Positions 13,440 through 26,700 of a stretch of 64,000 nt of DNA are shown here, piece by piece. The notes beneath the pieces were generated by a model, which was not told where the DNA came from, ran no database searches, and worked only from the letters and a program-made list of their open reading frames with translations. Each line of letters opens with the position of its first letter. Within the stretch, counting starts at the first letter, position 1. The DNA comes from Cycas panzhihuaensis. Its lineage: Eukaryota; Plantae; Cycadophyta. The position numbers and the translations under genes were made by a program. The stretch spans positions 210,001,741 through 210,065,740 of the forward strand of contig CM041465.1 in NCBI GenBank assembly GCA_023213395.1, written 5' to 3'.

Positions 13440-16400
13440 ATGGTAATAAACTATGGAAACATGGTCATACCTAAATTTGATAGTGTTAACTCTCTTAATT
13501 AGAGTAGAAGAATGAGGCCAATATTCATAGAAAAGGACATGGAAAATTGTCACCAAAAGATATGAAGACATTGATGATAATGCCATGGAGGATGAACCAC
13601 CAATTTATAAGGAATATATCAAAAAGAATAATGAGGCTTCAGCCCTTATATTTTATGCTTTAGAGGACCATATATTTCCTAGAGTAAGTGAAGCGACTAC
13701 GTCTAAAGGAGCTTGGGATACTCTAACATTGATCTATGAAGGAATAACATCCTCTAAACTTCAAATACTTATAAGTAAATTTGAGAATATGAGGATGTCA
13801 CCTAGGGAAAGTGTCAATGAGTTTATCACCAAGGTCCAAGACTTAGTTAATCAGGTAAGATACCTAAGAGAAGTGCTAAGTAAATAAAGAATTATTGAAA
13901 AGATCTTAAGGTGTGTTTGAGAGGTCAAAAGATTTGAGATAGTTGCCACTAGCATTGAAGTATCTAAGGATCTAAGTATCATTCAGATTAAACAATTAAG
14001 TACTATGCTTTTTGTGGTTGAAGAAAAGAAAGAGGGACATGAGACATTAGAATATGCTTTTTCCACAAAGGCAAAAATCAAACAAAATATTTAAGGACAA
14101 AGTTCTAGTGGAAGGGAGCAATTCCCTAAAGGAAGAGAAAGGAATCAAGGACAAGGAAATTATCAAGAACCAAACCCAAGGTATCAAGAATCAAATCAAA
14201 AGTATCAAAGACCACATCAAAGATATCAAGGGCCAAATCAAAGGTACCAACATCAAAATAACTTCCACAATCAAGGAAGATCTCAAGAATAAAATCAATG
14301 CTGCCATGGATATAACAACTACCAAGGACAAGCAAATTATTAAGGACTAAACCAACATTTTCAGGGACAAAATCAAATGAACTATCAAGGCCAAGTTTAG
14401 GGCACGTTCTTTAAAAGAGGAAGAGCAACCTCTAGAGGAAGAAGAACCTCCAGGAGTAGAAGTCATAGTCAAAGAGGTAAAGGACCTATCTAATTCTCTT
14501 TCTGCCATAAAATAGGACATATAGAAGAACATTGCTTTGCTAAGAATGCCAATCACCAAAGGGAAACTATAAACACTATAACTAAAAATAGAGACAATGA
14601 TAAACTTTCTCGCTTAAATCTTTTAACTAGTGAAGACGATGATAGTTGGTACATCTAAAGAAGCTTGAGATAGTCTAACATTGATTTATGAAGGAGCAAC
14701 ATCCTCTAAACTTCAAACACTTAGAAGTAAATTTGAGATTATGAGGATGTCTCCTAGGGAAAGTGTCAATGAGTTTATCACCAAGGTCTAAGACTTAGTT
14801 AATCAGGTAAGATCCCTAAGAGAAGTGCTAAGTGAATAGAGAATTATTGAAAAGATCTTAAGGTGTGTTTGAGAGGTCAAAAGATTTGAGATAGTTGCCA
14901 TTAGCATTGAAGTATCTAAGGATCTAAGTATCATTCAGATTAAAGAATTAAGTACCATGCTTTTTGTGGTTGAAGAAAAGAAAGAGGGACATGAGACATT
15001 AGAACATGCTTTTTTCACAAAGGCAAAAATCAAACAAAATATTTAAGGAAAAAGTTCTAGTGGAAGGGAGCAATCCCCTAAAGGAAGAGAAAGGAATCAA
15101 GGACAAGGAAATTATGAAGAACCAAACCCAAGGTATCAAGAATCAAATCAAAAGTATCAAAGACCACATCAAAGATATCAAGGACCAAATCAAAGGTACC
15201 AACATCAAAATAACTTCCACAATCAAGGAAGATCTCAAGAATAAAATCAATGCTGCCATGGATATAACAACTACCAAGGACAAGCAAATTATTAAGGACT
15301 AAACCAACATTTTCAGGGATAAAATCAAATGAACTATCAAGGCCAAGGTTAGGGCCCATTCTTTAAAAGAGGAAGAGCAACCTCTATAGGAAGAGGAACC
15401 TTTAAGAGTAGAAGTCATAGTCAAAGAGGTAAAGGACCTATCTAATTCTCTTTCTACCATAAAATGGGACATATAGAAGAACATTGCTTTGCCAAGAATG
15501 CCAATCACTAAAAGGAAACTACAAACATTGTCACTGAAAATAGAGATAATGACAAACTTTCTCTCTTAAGTCTTATAGCTAGTGAAGATGAGGATAGTTG
15601 GTACATAGATTTAGAGCGTTTAACCCATATGACCCATAAGAAAAAAAACTTTAAGATAATTGATAAGACTAAAAGAGGAAAGATTATGTTTGGAGATAAT
15701 ATAACCCATGAATCTATTGGCAAGGGTAATATTACCATAACCACAAAATCAAGTAAAAAAATGTACATTGATGAGGTGTTACATATACCAACCTTAAAGA
15801 AGAACCTAGTTTCAGTAGATCAGATGATGGAACAATATTATAAGGTTATTTTTTATAATGGCGAACATACAATTAAAGATAAAAGATTGAATAAAGTAAT
15901 TGTAACTAAAGGATAGATGACAAATGATAAATGACAAATTATTCAAGCTAGTCATTCCTTCACTAGCCACTTATGCCTTAAAAACCTCCACTAAAGTTGG
16001 CAGTGACAGAAGGCACAAGAGATTTAGTCATTTAAACTATAATAGCTTGGCATTAATGAAGAGGATGGGAATGGTTGTTGGATTGCCTACTATAGAAACA
16101 GACAAGGAAATTTGTGAAAGATGCATACTTGGAAAACAACATAGAGAAAGTTTTCCAAATAATAGTTATAGAGCCCAAGGTCCTCTTCAACTAATCTATA
16201 CAGGGCTATGTTGACCCATAGATGTACTGTCACTTGGAGGTGCAAAATACTTCATGACATTCATTGACAATTTTACTAGAAAGACTTAGGTGTTTCCTAA
16301 AGTTTAAATTAGATGCTTCCCAATGCTTTGTTGACTTCAAAACCTTTGCGGAGAAACAAAGTGACCATAATATTCTCACCCTTAGATCGTATAATATGAG

Positions 16401-17446
16401 AGAATTTATCTCAAATGAATTCAAATCATTTTGCACCTATCATGGTATCAGGAAACAATTTACCAATCCCTCTGCTCCACAACAAAATAGAGTAGTTGAG
16501 AGAAAAAAATCAGACCATTATTGAAATAGAAAAATATATGCTCAAAGACAAGCTTGGACATGAACTTTGGGTAGAAGTTACACATACAATAATTTATCTA
16601 CTGAATAGGTGTACCACCAAGGATCTTAGGTGGGTCACACTAGAAGAAGCTTAGATAGGACATAAGCCAAGCATACGTCACTTGAAAATTTTTAGGTGTT
16701 TAGCATTTACTCAAGTATCAAAGAAAAAGAGAATAAAATTGGATGACAAAAGTACCAAATGCATATTTATAGGATACTGCGATTTCTCCAAATCCTATAA
16801 ACTATTTGATCTAAAGGAAAAGAAAATAATCATGAGCAAGGATGTCATCTTCAATGAAGATGATTATTATCAAGTAGAAATTAAAAAAGACAAGGGAAAG
16901 AGAATCATATTAGAAATTGATTCATACCCTAAGTTAACAAATGTGTCAAATATACATGAACCAAGTCCCAATGAAACTAGACCCTCTACACTTAGTCAAA
17001 GTATTCTAAAATAGGTACAAAGACATTATGATCTAGCAAACATATTGGATAATAATTTTGAAAGAAGATCTATTCTCTCTAATAGAATCAATTTTGCTCT
17101 AATGAGCCAAGTTATGGAATTGTATAAGCCTCATACTCTTAAGGAGGCTAACTCAAAGATGAATGGAAAGACACAAGGAAAGCATAATACAAAGCAGCAG
17201 CAACAATAGCCTGTGAAATAATACCAAAGTACCATTTAAATGACTTGAAATTTAGTATTTCGTGGCAGAACAAAGCATATTGAAACTCAACATTATTTCA
17301 TTAGGGAATTAGTTCAAGCTAGTGAGATTGAGTTAGCCTACTATAGCACAGAAGAATAGGTCGCAGATATCTTTACTAAAGCTCTTAGAAAGTTCAAATT
17401 CCACAAATGCAGAGATAAGCTCGAAGTCTTCCCAAATGAGCATTAG
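13440..17446 (+). pseudogene. Copia gag-protease-integrase-(RT deleted)-RNase H remnant of A
   Basis: MVINYGNMVIPKFDSVN, UBN2-type SKGAWDTL...ESVNEFITKV, degenerate zinc knuckle FCHKIGHIEEHC, protease SWYID, RHKRFSHLN, PQQNRVVER, and RNase H RTKHIETQHYFIRELV. Confidence 0.92.
13698..15606 (+). repeat. 952-bp tandem duplication within gag
   Basis: Copies start at 13698 and 14650. TAC(G/A)T occurs at 13698, 14650 and 15602. Twin ORFs at 14054 and 15006 are offset by 952. Confidence 0.97.
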
Positions 17447-17456
17447 GGTGAAGAAA

Positions 17457-17735
17457 TGTTAGATTAATATTCATTTGAGTTATTAAAGGGTGTGTCAGCA
17501 TTTGGGTTGGTGGAGTCAACTTTGGCCAACCCTAGTTGAAATTCTAATTACTTTTTAATGGTGTTTTTAAACACCGAAGACAGTAGAGGTTAGGCTTCCA
17601 CCCAACATCTTGTCTATTTATACTGGGCCGTGATGACCCCAGGTGTTGTTTAACACCGTCAATATTCTTATGAAAATTTTGTTATTTTAAATATGTCTTT
17701 ATAGTTGTTGTTCTCTCTGACTCTCACTTCCTTTA
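17457..17735 (+). repeat. 3' LTR of element A
   Basis: Matches 10090-10365, preceded by a purine tract and followed by TSD ATTAT. Confidence 0.92.
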
Positions 17736-17740
17736 ATTAT

Positions 17741-18345
17741 TGGTGCATAAAGTCCACTAAAATTCTCTATGAACTTATAAAACTTCAAAAAACTATGAAA
17801 GCTTCTCATTTTTTAGATTTAGATGTGAACCATTATATAATGGGTTTAGACTTCCTTGGATCCATGCTAATCACCTTTTGAAAAAATAACATCACCAAAA
17901 AATGCAAGTATCTCTTAATAACAAAAAACTCTTCTTAAGGTTAATGAATAATTTCTCCTTTCTAAGTAGGTCTATTACCATCCTTAAATGATACATATGC
18001 TCTACTATGCTTTTAATATAAATTAAAATACCATCAAAATAAACTATAACAAACTTAAAAATGTATTTTTTGAATATATACTTCATAATCCTTATGATTG
18101 TTCCTAGTGCATTTGGAAGACCAAATGGCATCATAAGCATTCATATGAGCCCTCCTTGGTTTTAAAACTTGTTTTCCCTTCGTCACCTCCCTGTATATTG
18201 ATTTGATGATATCTTCTCCTTAAATCAATCTTGAAAAACATTTTGGCTCCTACTAAGTAATGTAAAATATCATCCATTTTGAGATGGGGTAATTATGCTT
18301 TAAATAACCTTCATTTTCCTCCCTTATTTGGTGCTAAATAATAAT
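17741..18345 (-). pseudogene. Ty3/Gypsy reverse transcriptase remnant, continuous with 9120-10089
   Basis: ORF 17892-18140 contains MPFGLPNALGT and VIVYFDGILIY (YxDD region). Removing A and one TSD rejoins FIENFSGLYAP to IDCIRGNSFTW. Confidence 0.9.
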
Positions 18346-18720
18346 TATAGCGTATGATCACATAGTCTTACTAGAATATTACATTTCACAAAAGTCGATA
18401 TAATGTTTAATTAATGATTGACATAACATTGATTGATATAAAGGTTCTCATATATGATTTAAGTGGTTGATGTATCAATACATAATTATTGGTTGATAAT
18501 GTTGTTATATCCTATTGTATATACATTAGATAATGGATCTGTAAATATATATATATACATCAAAAGCATAATTGACATAATTGAGATAGAGGTAGGCTCT
18601 ACCATTCTCCCATGGTGTTTTTCGATGAAAGGTTTTTCCATATATAAATTTAGTATTTCATGATGATATCTTTATATTGCATGCATACTTATATTTATGT
18701 GTATATATATCCTTAAATAC

Positions 18721-21700
18721 TATTGGGTTAATGTTCACCACATGACCTTACATTGAAAACATGTAGCACATAAACTTTAATGGTAAGTTAGATAAGTTTA
18801 TTTTTAATATTAAGTTATGCATTATTTTATATTATTTTGAATTCAAGAGGTTGGGGAGGTTTCCCTCCTCCCTCATAACTATATATTTTATCGAGTTTTA
18901 AACCCTGGTGTTCTTTAACACAATCATCTCAATGAATTATTAATGTATACCCTTACAATGACTTGAATATAATGAAATATTTGCATAATGGATTGATTTA
19001 TGCTTACCTGCTTCACTATGCTCTCTATTTCAATTCCAACATTTAGTATCAGAGTAAACCTAGGTGCACAACCTCTAGATCCTCATACGCTCAGCGAAAG
19101 TGCAGTATATGACTGCTTGTTAGATTCCTGGCGAATTAATCTACTCACTGGAGAAATTGGATTGAAGTTTCACCTCTCTTGAAAGAAGATCTTATCATTG
19201 GAATGCAGTCCTCTACAAACTGGTCACTGTCACTTTACCAGGTTTTATGAGCTTATATATAAATATTTTTATTTAAATATTTCTCCAATATCATTATGAG
19301 TGATAATATTGTATTGTATTGTATTAGCCTTCTATTTTTTTGCCCTCATCCTCTGATCTAAGTATTGAATATACCCTTCTACCATTGTGACTATGGCTCC
19401 ATCATTCGTCTCCAATATTTGTCTCCATCATTGTAATCTTTGGTTGAATACTTGCGTTGCAATCTTTGTACAATTAAACATTTGGTATTAAATATCTGTA
19501 CTATTTTGCCTACAAAAATAATATCATTTGTGCCTTTATTTCCATTCGAATCAGTGTCTTTAGCAGTTGCTTGTCATCTCTATGCTAGTACAAGAAGTAC
19601 TATTTTGTCTAGCCATTCTAAAGTTTTGCATCATACTTCCAACCAAAGATTTAAGAGTGATCTATTTAATCACTGCTACTGCTCTCTCTGTAGAACCTTG
19701 ATTCAAGATCTGTTAACTACCCAACAGACCCACGACCTTCATACTATCAACAAGAGCTCTCCATATCAGGTCGCCCACGTCTCTTCCCTACCAGCATTCC
19801 TATTTTGGTAGTCCTTAAATAGAACAGAAGTGGCACAAGAGGTGGAGAACAAATGAATACATCTGTGGGTTTTCAACTGCACTGGTATTCCCTTCTCATC
19901 TTTGTCCTGTGAGAGCTTAGGTGTGGTCTAGAACTACTCAAAGATTCTCTATCAGGCATCTACATCTCATTGTTGCCTTTGTATGTTGGGTTACATACTC
20001 ACGTTTTCGAGTCACAAGTTTTGCAAGAATTTCCAAGCCTTTTTTAAGAGGCAGGATTGTGATCTATGGTTCAAAATACCACCCTAGCCCTGGCAGGATT
20101 GTGATCTCTGGTTTAGGGAGGCATAATAGTAACCACCATATCGGTGGGGGACGATAGTAGCTGGGAAGCATAGAGATCCTTGGGAACTTTACACACCTCT
20201 TTCTTCATTCGTTGTTTGAGCAATGCATGGTTAATATATTCGCTTTAAGCCATTTCCAACATTGCATTTTTAGACTTATCATTTTCTATTGCATAATATC
20301 TTAGCAGTCTATTATGGTCGCGACTACCCCTCTTCTGTGTTGAATACACCACTGTGCTCTATGGTCAAGGCTTGGGATTTCTCTATCAATCCTTGTCTTC
20401 TTCTTCATATCCACATATTTGTTCAGATCAACCACAAGTTACTCTGAGACCTAGTTCAAAACAAAATTGTCCTTCTGTTTGTTTGTATGTTCCACAAAGC
20501 TGCAAATGAGCTTTGATTAGATCAAGCTTTGTATGCCACAAATAAGAACTTATTAAAACTAATAAAATTTTAAACAGAAGCCCATAAGAGAAAGCATTGG
20601 ATAGTAAATAATATAAAATAAAATTGAATAAATTAAAATAACTTTTTCTATGCAGATCATAACAAATAATTTTCCATATTAGCATTTGTTCATATTATAT
20701 TCAATGCCCTGTCATCATCTAGAACTTGAAACTCATCCTGCAATATCAAATTAAGGTGAACCCACTATCCTTGGACACATTTTACAATTAGTAGGTATCC
20801 AATTTTTGGTTGTTGGCTTGGGTTGGATTGGGTCATTCCCAATCGAAATTTGATTCATCATGTGATGCTTCTTATGTTCGTGTTCTGTATACGTGAATAG
20901 TAATCAGTTTGATCATCTAGGGTTATCATTTATTATCACTCTTAAAATAAATTCTGTTAGATAATGCCTAGGATTTTGAGGATTTGAATTAATTTCAAGT
21001 GATCATATTTCTATTTTTTAACATTTTTTTATCTATAAGCTTGCTTTATTTTTGATCCATTGGTACTCCTTCATCAATTAACGAAACTACAATATATGTA
21101 TGCTCGTTTTGTCCAGCTCTGAGTCTACTTTCCAATGCCATAGACATTTCAAAATTTTGTCTATTAGTTTCTGAGATATCATCTCTAAAGTGAAAGAGTC
21201 TCCTTTCAGAATCGTAAACCTGCGTACGTCGATTAAAATTTGATTACTTATTTTATTTTATTTTATTTTTTCTTAAAGTTTAGATTTAATTAAGTTATAT
21301 TTTATATTTTTTAAATTCCAAGCATTTAATTTGGCATTAGCCCCCCTTCGGGTCCATCCTTCAGTCACATTTTAGCCCAAATGACCATGTGCTTTAACAG
21401 ATTTCATATTTATATTTGATAAATTTTTTAGTCCTACCCCACTTGGACTCTTAACCGCTAGTCTTATTGGGTCCAATGTGGCTCTGCTCTTATTGGTTAA
21501 CAGATTTATGAAAAATAACAATGAAGCCTTAGTACTATTATTTTGTAGCTTAGATGACAAGGTATTTTCTAGTATTTGTGAAATGGCTACATCCAAATCA
21601 GTATGTGATACTTTCGAATTGATTTATAGGAGAGATACCTTAGAATTTAATATTACTAGTTATATTGATAATATTTTTCCTATGAGGCAAATGTTAGAAC

Positions 21701-22382
21701 AAGTGTATTTTGATGAAAAAACTAATGTTACTTATGCTAGCATAGATTTCAATAAAAGTAATGACTCCAATGTTGTATTTGGTGACATGATATATACCTT
21801 GAACTTGACTAAAGTAAAAGACAAAGATCAAGACAAAACCACCTTTACTCATTCAAATCAAGCTACAACTACTTAGAAGCCATTTAAACCACATAGTAAT
21901 AAATAGACACATTTTATTAAAAGGATAATAAGGTAAGTTGTTGACTACATCAAAGATTATGATCAAGCTAAAGGACAAGTACTCAAAGTATTTTTTAAAT
22001 ACAAATATCACAAATTCAAAGAGAAGATGAAGATGTACATGATGACTATTAAGGGGGAGAACATTGGGTTAATGTTCACCACATGACCCTACATTGAAAA
22101 TATGTAGCACATAAGCTTTAATGGTAAGTTAGGCAAGTTTATTTTTAATGTTAAGTTGTGTATTATTTTATATTATTTTAAATTCTAGAGGTTGAGGAGG
22201 TTTCCCTCCTCCCTCACAACTATATATTCTATGGAGTTCTAAACTCTGGTATTTTTTAACACCACCATCTTAACGGATTATTGATATATACTTTTAGAGT
22301 GGCTTGAATATAATGAAATATTTTCATAATGGATTGATTTATGCTTATCTACTTTGATCTGCTCTCCATTTTAATTTCAACA
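18721..22382 (+). mobile_element. Non-autonomous gag-only (TR-GAG-like) Copia element B inserted in the LTR of C
   Basis: LTRs 18721-19041 and 22062-22382. Perfect TSD AATAC (18716-18720, 22383-22387). PBS tagtatcagagt. PPT aagggggaga (22051-22060). Confidence 0.92.
21508..21876 (+). pseudogene. Partial Copia gag (UBN2-like) of B
   Basis: KNNNEALVLLFCSLDDKVFSSICEMATSKSVCDTFELIY aligns with KKNNEASALIFYALEDHIFPRVSEATTSKGAWDTLTLIY in A. Confidence 0.75.
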
Positions 22383-23700
22383 AATACATGCTTGAATACT
22401 TATTTTAAACACCTCATAAATCATTTCATTTCATTTATTATTTATAAAAGTTATAATATGAATGCTTCATATAATCATTCATGTTTGGATACATAACATG
22501 AATTCATTATGTTACATCAAAGCAAATCAAATTTCTACATAATAACAAAACTTTTGTATAATTCATTATTAAATTTTAACATAGTATCAGAGTGCAAATG
22601 ATTTGATCTTGAGATATGAAGCAAGAACTAAAGCAAACCTTGCATGAGATGAAGTAGGATAAAGTAGATTGAAGTAAAATGTTGAAGACCACATACACAT
22701 GGTACCAATATTTGTCATCTGAAGATGATCCATGCATGTACTGTATGAGATAATATCGAGCCAATATTATGATAGTATTAGAATCTAATATGAAGAGCTA
22801 GTTAAAAGATCAAATTAATAAGCCAGGAACTAGGTGTGTTAATAAGATACGACCGTGTATCAAGGGCATGCTAATAACGAAGTTTAATATAATGGTGAGA
22901 ATTTATTAATGTATTTATGTAGATAATTTATTATGCATATAATTCACATATTCTTAAGGTATGCATGTTTGAATGAGTCCATTGAAGATGATGGAAGAGG
23001 AGAATGTTATTACAGATTGATTTCACCTATATAAGCTAGCCCTCTATAGATGTGAGTGAGCTTTCGTATGACTGTCAATTTTGCCAAAGTTCATGATTTG
23101 CAACAATAGATCAAATAAGTATTTTGTAAGAGGATAAATTTATTTACTCAGATGTTAATTAAGTATAACAAGGTTATTGTCCACGTGAAAGAGATATATT
23201 ATTATTTTATATTTGTGGCAAATTGTTAGTTGCTTAGTATCACATAGAAATATGTAGGACTCAAATTATCAATAATGATAGGTATCTAATGACAATAAAG
23301 CATATGATAAGTAAAATGTTGAGGCATAAGTTTTAAAGATAAGGGTTTCTGGATGGAGAAATTAAGAACAAGTATTATGAAGCACATTTGAGAACCAGTT
23401 TAGTGACAGATTAAAGACAATGATATATATTTATATGTTGGACATGAGATTGTTGATCTCTAAAGGAGAATAATAAACACATTTAATATTTAAATACCCA
23501 TGACAAGATATGAAATAGTTAAATGATGACGAATAATCCTATGATTTAGTTGAATGAATGATTGAATAATGGAAACAAGGACACCATTTGATATAATTGA
23601 TAGAAAGTTATTAATGTTAGTTATTTATAAATTAACGAATATTATTTTAATAATGTTCTTTGAGAAAGGATGATGAGAGTTACCTAATATGAGATAAAGA

Positions 23701-26700
23701 TGAAAGAGGTTAATGTATCAAATTTATTTGTGTGGATTAATTAAGTGACCTTAAGATATATTGTAGGCATTAATCTCTTAGTGAGATGCACTTTATGTGC
23801 ATTTCGATATAATTTCAGCTTCATGTCATTAGATGGAAAAATCCTAACCCTAATGCTCACTCTCAATAATAAAAGGTGAAATCTCAAGAAGGGACTCATT
23901 ATTTATTCTCACCTCCAAGCTTTGTTGTCATATCTTGCTTTCATCTCTTTTTCATTCTCCATTACCATTGTATGTATGTGAATGATTTATTCCCTATATC
24001 TATCCTATTCTCATATGGTATCAGAGCTAGAAGAAGATCTATATACTTCATTCCACTTGCATGGAGTTATTGTGCCTCTCCTTCACCTTCAATATGAAGT
24101 ATTGAGAGTGTATTTATTATTTTTAAAATTTCAAGAGTTTTTTTATCATGCAAGCTTGTATTTCATTTATAGAATATTTCAATATTTTTAATTTATTTGC
24201 AGGTGTATTAAGGATCAAAATTGTTAGCCGAAAGAAAAATTAGTTTTTTATCAATCTTTATAGCTAATTTTAAATTATACTAAGGGAGGTTCTATTGATT
24301 TTTTATTATAAATTAATTGTTAGTTATAAAATCTATGTTGTAAAGTCATAGGATAAATTTTCAATTGCTTGTAGGTGGTAGAAATAAGCCTAAACCATTC
24401 GAAAAAAGGTTGTTTAGACCTATGAGAGGTGACAATTAAAAGTTGCCCATCTTGGATAAAAATTTCCAAGGAGGTACACCTAAGCAAGATAAATATTTTT
24501 CTTTTCTTTTCTACACCCTCAAAAGCCAAAAGTTTAATCAGCCCTAATCTGACTAATTTTTTGATAAATTTTCTCAAAATTTTTAATGTATATTAAAATT
24601 TCTTGAAGGGCTTTAGTAGATCTAGCCTTAAGGAATCTAACAAATCAAGTTCTATCATATTTAATGCACCAGAAAGAAAGATTTCTTCAAAATTTAGATT
24701 TCAGCTAAGGAAAGTCTCATAGAAGTTTCAATGAGTTTTTTGTTGTTTCTGCTCATTTTCAGAGTTTTTGCCATAAGACTTTTTGACTTACCATAATGAG
24801 ATCTATCATCTAGAAGAGTGAAGTTTTAAACCAAAATGTTTTGACCATTTCGTATGGTTGCATGGACATATAGAAGTTTTTGACAGAAGTTTCAGATTCC
24901 TCTCACTTTTCCTAGTACTTTCTCTATTGGTCAAAATTTAAGTTTAGAAATAAATTTTTAAGTTTTTTATTTTTTCCCTTTTCTTAACAAAAAAAAAAGA
25001 AGAGATTTTTCAAATAGAAAAAGTAAAAAAAAAAAACCATTGTAATAGTAAAACACTTAAATCCTAGCAAAATCTGATATTTATACTTAACATCTTTATA
25101 TATTTGTTCATGTGCATATACATTGATAAATAAAAATATAAAAGCAAGCATCAACACATTACAAATTCATTTCAATAATATAAACATAAATATATTTTTA
25201 TATTCCCTAAAATGAACCCATTACATTCGATTTATACTGTCAATTCTTAACTTGTGTGCACACTCGCCTTAGTTGAAATAGACCATGGTTGACCAAAGTC
25301 TGAGCCATAAGGGATATGTGAGTTTCATATTAGGTCTGATCTTAACCAAAATACTGATGGAGTAATAGGTTAGCCATACCTACAGACTCCCTTTAAGGAT
25401 TATCCTGATAACTAGATGGGACAAATAAAACCTTAATACAAGATTAAAATTAACCTGGTTCAATATCTGTCATAACCGTGGGATACACACGTACAGTTTA
25501 ACTCTTCAGAGAAGGTATATAGTTGCTCACAGGTGAACTGAGTAAGGATTGAGAGTACCTGGGCTCTACTGTGACTTTTATTTCATCACTAAGCACAAGT
25601 GTAGGTATCGTGGCTAAAGGCTCTAATCGTATACTAGAAGTCTTAAGCATCGAAACCTCACCTACATTTGGATATAAGTTACAGGTTAGTGGCATGACAC
25701 ATCATCACTCTTTGTTAGCTCTACATTAGGCCTTATTCTTGTACCATTACTAATACTCATTATTCATGGTTATTGAAAAATACTTAATCATTGCTTACTT
25801 TCTCATCATAGCATTCATTTATATATCCCTTTCTCATCATAGCATTTATTTATATATCCCTGTTGCATCAAGTGTACTAGCCACACATGTCAATGGTACA
25901 TACTTCTATCATCTCTTTTACTTCTTCATCGTCACCATGTCATCTCAATTCAAGCAAAATGTTAACTACATATTGAAATGCAAAGAAAATTGGGATTTGT
26001 GATATACTGGAGTTAAAAATATTGTAAAGTATAAAGGCTTTTGAAGAACCACTTACAGCCTACACCCATCATATCTATAATAGCTATAACACCTACTTCC
26101 AGTAAAACTGCTCCAACACCTCCTACAGATGCTGCAACTAAACTACAATGGGAGATAGATGATGAAAATATTCATGCAGAAATTCTATTGGTTATCGATC
26201 ACTCCTTACACGACTTGATTAATGAAGAACAACATGATACAACTTGGAAGGTCCTTGAAGTTCTCAAGAAGAACTTTGATACCAAGTCAAACTTAGAATT
26301 TATTCATCTTATTCTAAAAATGAACAAATTAAGAATGCAGAAGGGATGGGCATATGAGATAATAAATCTCCTTTGACCAATAAAATAGGTAATTGGCAAA
26401 AATTGTAAGACCTAATACATCACTTGGACATTCTTGATCTAATCATGTCTACATGTCTCTAATTATAAAAACTTACTTGAAAGTCTTCAATCTAGTAGAA
26501 CATTAAAGACACTCAACTTTGAAGCACTTGCCGAGAAGTTTATAGAATTTGACAAGACCTTTGATATCAACTTTATAACATCTGACTTTCTTTAAGATGC
26601 AACCTTTAAGGTGGAAGAAGAAGCTTGCTACATAAAAAATCAAGGTCCCTATCGTGGTAGAGAAAACAACCAAGCAAGAGGAAGAGGAAGAAACATGGGA

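Noticed and set aside
14054-15302. Twin 98-aa coiled-coil-like ORFs (IKNQIKSIKDHIK)
   Set aside because: Alternative frame of the 21-nt gag repeat. C-to-T decay creates stops in the CAA-rich gag frame but is mostly silent in this frame.
19815-19860. IEQKWHKRW resembling the N-terminus of leucyl-tRNA synthetase; PDKVTYI near 11280 resembling a PPR motif
   Set aside because: Too short to distinguish from chance without a database search.
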